DNA from: Candidatus Parcubacteria bacterium
GTDB taxonomy: Bacteria; Patescibacteriota; Patescibacteriia; Patescibacteriales; UBA12075
Reading direction: 5' to 3'
NCBI GenBank assembly: GCA_002869165.1
Contig: PKTK01000009.1
Coordinates: 1 to 59,043, forward strand
Length of the DNA: 59,043 bases
This document shows positions 52,088 through 59,043 of this stretch, piece after piece (the stretch's first letter is position 1; the number at the start of each line of letters is the position of its first letter). The notes beneath the pieces are model-generated. The model was not told the origin of the DNA. It saw nothing but the letters and a program-made list of their open reading frames with translations, and made no database searches. A program made the translations under genes and the position numbers.

Positions 52088-52825
52088 GTGATGAAAAAAA
52101 TAATAATAATTTTTTTTATACTATTTAGCACTAAGTATTTGTGGGCTGGGGATTGTGGTGTTAAATTAGAAATATTGAGCATAAAAGAGGCGATTAACAG
52201 GGTGGGTAGTGAAAAAAGAATAAGAGAATACAAGGCCTTTGAAAATCGAATTCGTTTAGTAAATCTAATTTCGTCTGATAAGAAAAAAAAGTTTAAAACA
52301 GTTGCTTCAAAAAGATTTGATATTGAGAATATTTATTATCCGGTTGATCAGGAAATTTATGATAAAGTTGACAGGTTTTTAACTAAAGTAATGACAGGGT
52401 ATCATTTAAATTTTAAGAAGATAGAGAATGAAAAACAAGCTGAAAAATTTTTCACAATGATTGCTGAAAAAATTGTTAAAGAACTTGACATGCAGATTGT
52501 TGATGAGCAGTTACTCTTAAGTAGGGCAATTACTAGTCATATCTTTGATTGTGACACATTAGCTACTTTGTATCTAGCAGTTGGTCAGATTTTGAATTTA
52601 CCTATTCGTGCAGTTGCGATCCCAAATCATGTGTTTGTGAGATTTTATTTTGAGGATGGCACGTATTTTAATTGGGAGACTAGGACATGGTCTTCAAAAG
52701 GTAATCAGATTTATATTGAAGAAAAGTGTTTGGAGTATAATTATTTTGAAGTTTTGGATTGTGATAGCTTTATTGAAAAGTTTATAGGAACCGACCTGGC
52801 TTTTTACTATTATAGTAATTTGTAA
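52088..52825 (+). CDS. Secreted transglutaminase-like (SirB1/Transglut_core2-like) protein, SD-led
   Basis: Signal peptide; FDCDTLATLYLAV..LNLPIRAVAIPNHVFVRF Cys/His pattern; own TTGACA promoter at 52030. Confidence 0.65.
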   Translation: MMKKIIIIFFILFSTKYLWAGDCGVKLEILSIKEAINRVGSEKRIREYKAFENRIRLVNLISSDKKKKFKTVASKRFDIENIYYPVDQEIYDKVDRFLTKVMTGYHLNFKKIENEKQAEKFFTMIAEKIVKELDMQIVDEQLLLSRAITSHIFDCDTLATLYLAVGQILNLPIRAVAIPNHVFVRFYFEDGTYFNWETRTWSSKGNQIYIEEKCLEYNYFEVLDCDSFIEKFIGTDLAFYYYSNL

Positions 52826-52832
52826 AATAAAT

Positions 52833-52853
52833 AGACGGTTTTTTTAACCGTCT
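52833..52853. terminator. Bidirectional intrinsic terminator
   Basis: agacggtt/aaccgtct stem flanked by A- and T-runs between convergent genes. Confidence 0.75.
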
Positions 52854-52857
52854 TTTT

Positions 52858-53130
52858 TTATTTACGAATTATTCCAAGTTGTCCTTGGTTGACCTTGTTT
52901 ACGTATTTTCCATTTATCTTTTTTACCGTAGCAAACCTGTTATTACAACTATGACAAAAGATATCAAAACCTTCTTTTTCGAAATTATCTAAAAAAAGAT
53001 AGTGATAGTCTTTGGCAATTCTATCTCTATGAATTTTTCTAAGTCTACCAGGTCCTTTTTTGCGGTAGAGAACAATTTTTTCCCCACATTTACAAAATAC
53101 TTTCCAATTTGTGTATTCTTTGGTGTTCAT
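52858..53130 (-). CDS. Small zinc-ribbon protein
   Basis: CKC..YRKKGPGRL..CHSC. Confidence 0.7.
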   Translation of the reverse strand: MNTKEYTNWKVFCKCGEKIVLYRKKGPGRLRKIHRDRIAKDYHYLFLDNFEKEGFDIFCHSCNNRFATVKKINGKYVNKVNQGQLGIIRK

Positions 53131-53210
53131 GTTTTTTAGTATATAGCTTGTTAGTCCGAGAAGCAAATATTTTGCATTTAGTATTAAAATTAAGAATCCT
53201 TCTTTTTAGT

Positions 53211-53449
53211 TGTCATTCCGAAGCGTTGTTGGGGAAGAATGTGAATTGCGAAGCCCGTCTGCAGGACGGACGGGCAAGAGAGGCCGCCCCGGAGTATCCT
53301 TTAAACATGGGAATTTATAGGTCATTACAAGTGACCGCCATCGTGAAAAATGCATCTTTTTCTCTGGGGGGGGGCAGGCAAGTTCTTGGATGTACTATCA
53401 TTATTGTTTAAGGGATCTCTCCAGTCACTTCGTTCCTTACGAGATGACA
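53211..53449. repeat. Extended TGTCAT..ATGACA element with nested mini-palindrome cccgtctgcaggacggacggg (53254-53274)
   Basis: Terminal tgtcattccg / cgagatgaca; internal atcctttaaac / gtttaagggat. Confidence 0.75.
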
Positions 53450-53550
53450 AAAATGTTGTATATAGTTATTGATTAAAAAATTAAAAATTTTCAGCATTTT
53501 TTTCTTTACAAAAAGTTTTTATATGATATTATATTAATATTAGTAAAAAA

Positions 53551-53590
53551 GAGTGCGTAGCTCAGTTGCTTAGAGTGAGTTACGTTGACA
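53551..53590 (+). pseudogene. 5' tRNA fragment (acceptor, D-arm, partial anticodon arm)
   Basis: GAGTGCG-TA-GCTC-AGTTGCTTA-GAGT..TACGTTGACA; acceptor strand complementary to CGTGCTC at 53782-53788. Confidence 0.6.
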
Positions 53591-53600
53591 ATATATTATA

Positions 53601-53674
<74 letters not shown>

Positions 53675-53702
53675 CAAGAAATAAAATTTATTATGTAGAA
53701 GA

Positions 53703-53789
53703 ATCAGAGCGCCCCGGTTAATACCGGGCAGGTCAGAAATTTCCGCCCTAGGCGGACCAGCCTTGGGCTGGCAAATCTTCTCGTGCTCA
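53703..53789 (+). pseudogene. 3' tRNA-like fragment with a 29-nt twin-hairpin insertion in the T-loop (53743-53771)
   Basis: AGAGCG..CAGGTC-AGAAATTT[ccgccctaggcggaccagccttgggctgg]CAAATCTTCT-CGTGCTC-A. Confidence 0.6.
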
Positions 53790-53841
53790 CAAATAAATAA
53801 ATATTAAGTCGAAGCGGATCTTGTCCCGTCGGATAACGGGA

Positions 53842-53926
53842 TTGACATCGCAAGAGCTCACAAGTTAATCCAGTCATCCGACTGGATAGTCAGGTCGGAT
53901 GACCTGATAAATCTTGTGTCGTCCAC
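53842..53926 (+). pseudogene. Duplicated 3' half of tRNA-Val with a 42-nt twin-hairpin insertion in the T-loop (53867-53908)
   Basis: TTGACATCG..TCACAAGTT[insert]AAATCTTGTGTCGTCCAC matches 53633-53675. Confidence 0.8.
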
Positions 53927-54051
53927 ATCCGTATATATTTTGCTAATTAGTGAATTTGTGGCAAGATTTATGTATTTGCAATTAATATTGAAATATTAGA
54001 AAAAAAGTATTATAATTAGCATAGGTTAAAAAATAAGTAATTATCACATAT

Positions 54052-54558
54052 ATGAAAAATTTACTCAAAAAATTTTCAGGTGTAAATAAAAAAACTGAGG
54101 AATATGAGGAAGAATTAGAGGATGAAGAATTAGAAGATGAATACGAAGAAGAGGAGGAAGCAGAAGAGGAGGAGGAGGAAGAAGAAGTATCAGAAGAGGA
54201 AGAAGAGTGGATGCCTGATGAATACGAAGAAGGTCAACTATCAATTGATGTATATCAAACTGATAAAGACATTGTAGTTCAATCAACTATAGCTGGGGTT
54301 AAACCAGAGGATATTGATATTTCTATCAACAATGACATGTTGACTATCAGAGGAAAAAGAAGCATGGAGAAAGAGATTGAAGAAGATAATTATTTATACC
54401 GAGAATGTTACTGGGGTTCTTTTTCTAGATCTATTATTTTGCCAGTAGAAGTTCAGGCTGAAAAGATCGATGCTGAATTAGAAAATGGAGTTTTAACTGT
54501 AAAATTACCTAAATCAAAAGTGTCTAAACAAATTTCTATAAAAGTAAAAGAAAAATAA
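54052..54558 (+). CDS. Hsp20/alpha-crystallin small heat-shock protein with a poly-Glu N-terminal arm
   Basis: GQLSIDVYQT, AGVKPEDIDI, ECYWGSFSRSIILP and NGVLTVKLPK motifs. Confidence 0.93.
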   Translation: MKNLLKKFSGVNKKTEEYEEELEDEELEDEYEEEEEAEEEEEEEEVSEEEEEWMPDEYEEGQLSIDVYQTDKDIVVQSTIAGVKPEDIDISINNDMLTIRGKRSMEKEIEEDNYLYRECYWGSFSRSIILPVEVQAEKIDAELENGVLTVKLPKSKVSKQISIKVKEK

Positions 54559-54782
54559 TGACTATAGACTCTGTAATAGATAGAATTGAGGGGGATCGAG
54601 CAGTTTTAAAAACTCCCGATGGGCTTGAAATTATCTGGCCTGCTAGTAAATTACCAGCTGATGCCAAAGAAGGAACAGTTATTAAGATTGCCATTACCGA
54701 TGACACCGCCAAGGAAAGCGCTGATAAGGAACTTGCCAAAAATATCTTGAGCGAGATACTAAACAATTCAAATGAAGCTTAA
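54558..54782 (+). CDS. DUF3006-like protein
   Basis: VIDRIEGDRAVL..LPADAKEG pattern. Confidence 0.75.
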   Translation: MTIDSVIDRIEGDRAVLKTPDGLEIIWPASKLPADAKEGTVIKIAITDDTAKESADKELAKNILSEILNNSNEA

Positions 54783-56616
54783 TAAAGAACTCGTCAAATC
54801 ATTAGCGTGGAAGTGGCTACTTGTATTAGTAGCTATTTTTTTAATTCTAATTATAGCTTCTGGAGTTTTTTTGATTTATTTTGAAAAAACTTATGAGAAT
54901 AGTTATTATCCAGGCACTTCTATTGCTGGTGTTAATGTCGAAGGTCTAAACAGGTTAGAAGCAGAAGATCTTTTGAACGAAAAAATAGATAATATGCATG
55001 AAAAAGGTGTGATTTTTTCTTATTTGAATGAACAAGCTAGGCTGGATATTTTGCAAAGTGCTGGAGCTGACATTGCTGTGCCAATCGCTTTGTTTGATTT
55101 TGAGAGTGCTATTGATGAGGCTTTTAATTATCCTAGAACTGAAGATAGTTTAACGAATTTTTATTTGAAATATTCATTATGGAAAGATCAAGGAAATTTT
55201 CCTATAGCTGTTAATTTGAATGAAGAAATGGTTGATGATTTTTTTAAGATTAATTTTTCTCATTTTTCCACTCCAGCCAAGAACGCTAGCTTGGTATCAA
55301 CTAGCTCACCATATACAAAAGAAGTAGAGTTTGGTGTCAGCCAGGAAGTTTATGGACAGGTTTTAGATATTGAGAAGGCCAAGCAAAAATTACGAGAGCA
55401 ACTTGCCTTACTTGAGTATAACAATATTGAATTAGAGGCTACTATAGAGTTACCAGAAATTGCAAAAAAAGATGTTGAAAATATTGAAGTAATAGCTAAT
55501 AAGTATTTAGATAAAGCTCCAATTGATCTTGTATATGAAGATAATTCCTGGACAGTGAGCCGTGATGATTTGTTAAATATTATGCAAATCAAGAAAAATG
55601 AGGCAGGCAAGATATATATAGGTTTAGATTTGGAACTAGGTTCCAGGTATCTTTTTGATAATATTGCTAGCGAAATAAATATAGAAGCAGCAGATGCTAA
55701 ATTTGAAATAGTAGATGATCGAGTAGAGAAGTTTCAACCGAATCATGATGGTTTAGAGCTTGATTTGTATAGTAGTTTAGCTAAGATTGAAAAAGTCATT
55801 GCAACAAATACTGAAGAAAAAATAGACTTGATCACCAAAGTAATAAAAAGCAAAGATTCAACCGAGGAAATGGAAAATTTGGGAATTACCGAGATTATTG
55901 GAGTAGGCCATTCGAATTTTTATGGCAGTCCTGCTAATCGTGTACACAATATCTCAGTAGGGGCTGAGAGTGTTAATGGTACTTTAGTGGCCCCAGGTGA
56001 AGAATTCTCACTTTTATCTGTGCTTGGAACGATAGATGGTACAACAGGATATAAACAAGAACTAGTTATCAAAGATAATCAAACTATTGCTGAATATGGT
56101 GGAGGTTTGTGTCAGATAGGTACAACAGTATTTCGTGGTACAGTAGACTCAGGACTTCCGGTAACTATGAGGCGTAATCACTCCTATCGAGTTAGTTATT
56201 ACGAGCCTGCTGGAACTGATGCAACTATTTATGATCCATGGCCAGACTATAAATTCAAAAACGATACACCTAGTCATGTTTTGATCTTATCTCGTATCGA
56301 AGGCACTGATCTGTATTTTGATTTTTGGGGAACCAATGATGGTCGGGTAGCTAGTGCAACTGATCCCGTAATTTATAATATCAAACGACCACCACCCACC
56401 AAGATAATTGAAACACTTGATTTAGAGCCTGGAGTAAAAAGGTGTACCGAGCATGCTCACAATGGAGCTGATGCCTATTTTGATTATGGTGTAAGGTATG
56501 CTGATGGTACTCAGGTAAATGAAAGGTTTAAGTCGCATTATTCACCATGGCAAGAGGTCTGCCTCTTGGGAGTTGAAGCTCTATCTACTTCCACTGAAGC
56601 AGTATTAAGTAATTAA
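54772..56616 (+). CDS. VanW-family protein with N-terminal TM and putative peptidoglycan-binding domains
   Basis: NRVHNI..PGEEFS..GYKQ..YGGGLCQ..RRNHS..GTDAT..DYKFKNDT. Confidence 0.9.
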   Translation: MKLNKELVKSLAWKWLLVLVAIFLILIIASGVFLIYFEKTYENSYYPGTSIAGVNVEGLNRLEAEDLLNEKIDNMHEKGVIFSYLNEQARLDILQSAGADIAVPIALFDFESAIDEAFNYPRTEDSLTNFYLKYSLWKDQGNFPIAVNLNEEMVDDFFKINFSHFSTPAKNASLVSTSSPYTKEVEFGVSQEVYGQVLDIEKAKQKLREQLALLEYNNIELEATIELPEIAKKDVENIEVIANKYLDKAPIDLVYEDNSWTVSRDDLLNIMQIKKNEAGKIYIGLDLELGSRYLFDNIASEINIEAADAKFEIVDDRVEKFQPNHDGLELDLYSSLAKIEKVIATNTEEKIDLITKVIKSKDSTEEMENLGITEIIGVGHSNFYGSPANRVHNISVGAESVNGTLVAPGEEFSLLSVLGTIDGTTGYKQELVIKDNQTIAEYGGGLCQIGTTVFRGTVDSGLPVTMRRNHSYRVSYYEPAGTDATIYDPWPDYKFKNDTPSHVLILSRIEGTDLYFDFWGTNDGRVASATDPVIYNIKRPPPTKIIETLDLEPGVKRCTEHAHNGADAYFDYGVRYADGTQVNERFKSHYSPWQEVCLLGVEALSTSTEAVLSN

Positions 56617-56633
56617 TATTTAATTAGCATGTG

Positions 56634-56692
56634 TGTCATCCTGAGCGAATATGAAGCCCGCCCGCCGGACTTCGCTTGCGCTCAGGATGACA
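56634..56692. repeat. TGTCAT..ATGACA element
   Basis: tgtcatcctgagcgaa..ttcgcttgcgctcaggatgaca. Confidence 0.85.
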
Positions 56693-56748
56693 CAATCGTA
56701 TAAATAAAAAAGGGAAATACGCGTAAGCGAATTTCCCCTTTTGCTTTT

Positions 56749-57018
56749 TTAATCGTCGTTTTCAAAGAAACCGGTTGTTTCAAAAGACCCATCTTTGCGA
56801 ATAACGATCTCAACGTCAACCTTTGAATAAAGGTCAAAGTCAAGGATGTAGCCAGAAATTACAGCCACTTCTTTTTTGTTGTTTCCGCATACTCGAAATG
56901 AAGTGATGGTCATCTCGCTCCATTCTTTTTCTTCAGGGCGTCTTACTTTTGCAACACAACCTACCCCAAAAGAAAAAAACTCTGAAAAAACAAGTTTAAA
57001 AGTTTCTTTTCTACTCAT
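56749..57018 (-). CDS. Small hypothetical protein, SD-led
   Basis: ACAGGAG upstream of ATG 57018; overlaps the end of the ClpP-like gene. Confidence 0.55.
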   Translation of the reverse strand: MSRKETFKLVFSEFFSFGVGCVAKVRRPEEKEWSEMTITSFRVCGNNKKEVAVISGYILDFDLYSKVDVEIVIRKDGSFETTGFFENDD

Positions 57019-57586
57019 GCTCTTTCTCCTGTTCACCTGTAATTATTTCATCAATAAGACCAAGTTTAAAAGCTTTCTTGGCTGTTATCTCGTAATATTT
57101 CAAACATTCAGAGCGAATTTTTTTTCTGCTCAAACCTGTTTTTTCTACCAGTATATTTTCAACTCGTTTATGACTTTTTTTACTATCTTTTATTAGAGCT
57201 TTGAGCTTTTTCTTTTTTATCAAAGTGACAAGACTGATGTTGCTTAATACAATATAATGAATCAGAAAAGAGCTATGCGCATAAGACTTTCTTTTATTAC
57301 AGGCTTGAAGAATAGTAACAGCTGCAGATTTTGCAAAGCCAATTGCAATACCAGTAGTCTTGCCAGGATAGTTACTGATCATGTCATAGATATCAAGTGA
57401 TGCTTTAGTATTTCCGCCGTTGCTTTTGATGTATATTGTAATGTCAGGATTTCCCCAGATAGCAAGAATTGCCATTGCTTTTTGAAATATAATAACCAAG
57501 TCATCGCATATTTCACTTTTGATAACTATAATATTCTTTTTTAAAAGTTCAAAATCAAATTCATCCAGTAGTTCTTCTATTTTCAT
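57011..57586 (-). CDS. Divergent ClpP-family protease subunit, SD-led
   Basis: ITIYIKSNGG, GFAKSAA (Ser), FLIH (His) and LGLIDEI motifs; GGAGG before ATG. Confidence 0.8.
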   Translation of the reverse strand: MKIEELLDEFDFELLKKNIIVIKSEICDDLVIIFQKAMAILAIWGNPDITIYIKSNGGNTKASLDIYDMISNYPGKTTGIAIGFAKSAAVTILQACNKRKSYAHSSFLIHYIVLSNISLVTLIKKKKLKALIKDSKKSHKRVENILVEKTGLSRKKIRSECLKYYEITAKKAFKLGLIDEIITGEQEKEHE

Positions 57587-57611
57587 TTTTTCCTCCGGTT
57601 TGTTTTATTTT

Positions 57612-57792
57612 AAAAAAAGACCAACTTAAGCGGGTTAGGCAAGAAATTTTCTTCAGCAGTCCTCGAGCCGTAGCCAGAGAAACCCTGGTAAGAAAATCCC
57701 CATGCTTGTCGTGCCTGACCCGCTAAAAATGGTCTTTCTTAGTTTTTTACCCAACAATAAAATGCGGGGCGTTTTTTTGTTTTTTATGTTAA
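57612..57792 (-). ncRNA. Candidate structured leader/ncRNA upstream of the ClpP-like gene
   Basis: Rod of stems 57616-57623/57730-57737, 57629-57641/57712-57724 and 57646-57653/57690-57697; minus-strand promoter TTGACA(57822-57827)-17-TAGAAT(57799-57804); U7 after the rod. Confidence 0.5.
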
Positions 57793-58091
57793 TAGACTAT
57801 TCTAGCATACAATTTAAATCTTGTCAAGTCTTTTTTAGCTAGTATTTGGTAATTTTTGTTAATAAATGTTATCAAAAAAAAGCTAGATTTACCCATCTTC
57901 TAGTTATTATACAAAATTTTCCTTAAAAACAAGTTAAATTTTAGCTAATATTAAAATTATTTTGTGTAAAAAGTGTCAACAACTTTTGACATTTTATAAA
58001 AAGTATGCTAGAATTAAAGTATTCCTCTTCTTCCTCTACTTGTTAAGGAGAGGGTTGGGGTAAGGGTATATAATAAATTAAATTAATATAT

Positions 58092-58838
58092 ATGGATTAT
58101 AAAGAATTAACTTATTTAGGTCTTTCTGAAAAAGAAGCCAAAGTTTATTTAGCATCATTGGAGTTAGGAAGTTCAACAGTTCAAAAAATATCCCAAAAAG
58201 CCAAAGTAAATAGAGCTACAACTTATGTGGTAATAGAAGCGCTTATAAATAAAGGCATGATGAGTCAATATACTGAGGGTAAAAAACAGTATTTTGTTGC
58301 AGAATCACCCGAAAAGTTAAGTTTACTTTTCAGGGAGCAGGCTATGGAAATACAGAGGAAGCATGAGTATTTGGATAAGATATTGCCACAGTTAAGAGGT
58401 CTTAATTCTGACAAAAAAGATGGACCAGTTGTTAGGTATTTTGAAGGCAAAGAGGGGATGAGAGCAATTGCTGAAGAAATATTTGTTAATGATAATAAGG
58501 GTAAGATTAGGATGATATATTCTTATGATCTTTTAGTTGATATGTTTGGCGAAGATGAGATTAAGGAAATGAGAAAAAAAAGACAATCTAAACAAATAAA
58601 AGCAGAAATAATCACTAATGACGAGCAAAATAGACTTGAAACGGATGCTTCGGTTTATAGAGTTTCAACAGATAAAAATAAGATTACAAGTGATGTTGCG
58701 ATATTTGGAGACAGGGTAAGAATTATTTCTCAAAAAGGTAAACAGTCAGGCCTTGTTATAGAAAATAAAGAAATTGCAAATACATTAAAAACCTTATTTG
58801 ATTTAGCAGTAAAGGGTTTGCAAAAAAAAGAGGGGTAA
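58092..58838 (+). CDS. TrmB-family transcriptional regulator
   Basis: LGLSEKEAKVYLASL..RATTY..L..KG HTH; VRYFEGKEG and C-terminal sensor-like domain. Confidence 0.9.
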   Translation: MDYKELTYLGLSEKEAKVYLASLELGSSTVQKISQKAKVNRATTYVVIEALINKGMMSQYTEGKKQYFVAESPEKLSLLFREQAMEIQRKHEYLDKILPQLRGLNSDKKDGPVVRYFEGKEGMRAIAEEIFVNDNKGKIRMIYSYDLLVDMFGEDEIKEMRKKRQSKQIKAEIITNDEQNRLETDASVYRVSTDKNKITSDVAIFGDRVRIISQKGKQSGLVIENKEIANTLKTLFDLAVKGLQKKEG

Positions 58839-58860
58839 AACTATATGTTTTACCCCTTTT
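58831..58860. terminator. Intrinsic terminator
   Basis: aggggtaaaac/gttttacccct stem plus T-run. Confidence 0.75.
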
Positions 58861-59043
58861 GTTTTAGAACTCTTTCTTCATTAAATTAGCCATTCATGGT
58901 TGTTTCTCCATTTTTGAAGTACTTTTGTTTTTTACAGAGTCTATGTTTGACATTCTAGCCGTTCACTGTTGTCTCTCCTTCTTATGTTATGAGATGTTCT
59001 AACTCCTACTAGGTTCCAGTCCCAAGACTTCTGGGACTGGTTT

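Noticed and set aside
57690-57724. SRP RNA (GUCAGG..AGCA on the minus strand)
   Set aside because: The 3-bp GNRA hairpin between CAGG and AGCA is missing, and the UCAGG segment pairs elsewhere.
58875-58970. SD-led micro-ORF on the minus strand (AAGGAG..GTG AAC GGC TAG)
   Set aside because: Stops after three codons; it could be a sixth G>T nonsense change but there is no homology support.

Overview
A low-GC, standard-code window (TGA used as stop) whose gene content fits a Patescibacteria/CPR genome, Parcubacteria-like; the lineage is inferred from gene content, not from a search. Core genes: a double-domain PilB/GspE ATPase, a translin-family protein, three transporters, suhB, uvrA, rmuC, a UvrD-PD-(D/E)XK helicase-nuclease, pheS-nif3-pheT, dprA-topA, pth, der, an LCP protein, lepB, hisS, rpsU, yqeY, tRNA-Val(GAC), hsp20, vanW and trmB. 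They are interleaved with surface-protein genes, small self-contained accessory cassettes and many TGTCAT..ATGACA palindromic repeats. Best candidate for an undescribed system: a ~225-nt non-coding RNA (~43310-43538, + strand) with its own sigma70 promoter and U-tail. It folds into two long G.U-supported hairpins, each exposing the anti-Shine-Dalgarno heptamer CCUCCUU in its apical loop. In the same window the conserved core genes I checked have no SD, while most small accessory cassettes and rpsU (bS21) carry strong SDs. This suggests an SD-based translational switch or silencing system (inference). Other notable points: a nested/decorated tRNA locus with twin-hairpin insertions at the same T-loop position, two further structured leader RNAs, a cassette bounded by terminator-promoter direct repeats, and five in-frame stops all explained by C:G>A:T changes (probably artefacts, two in essential genes).
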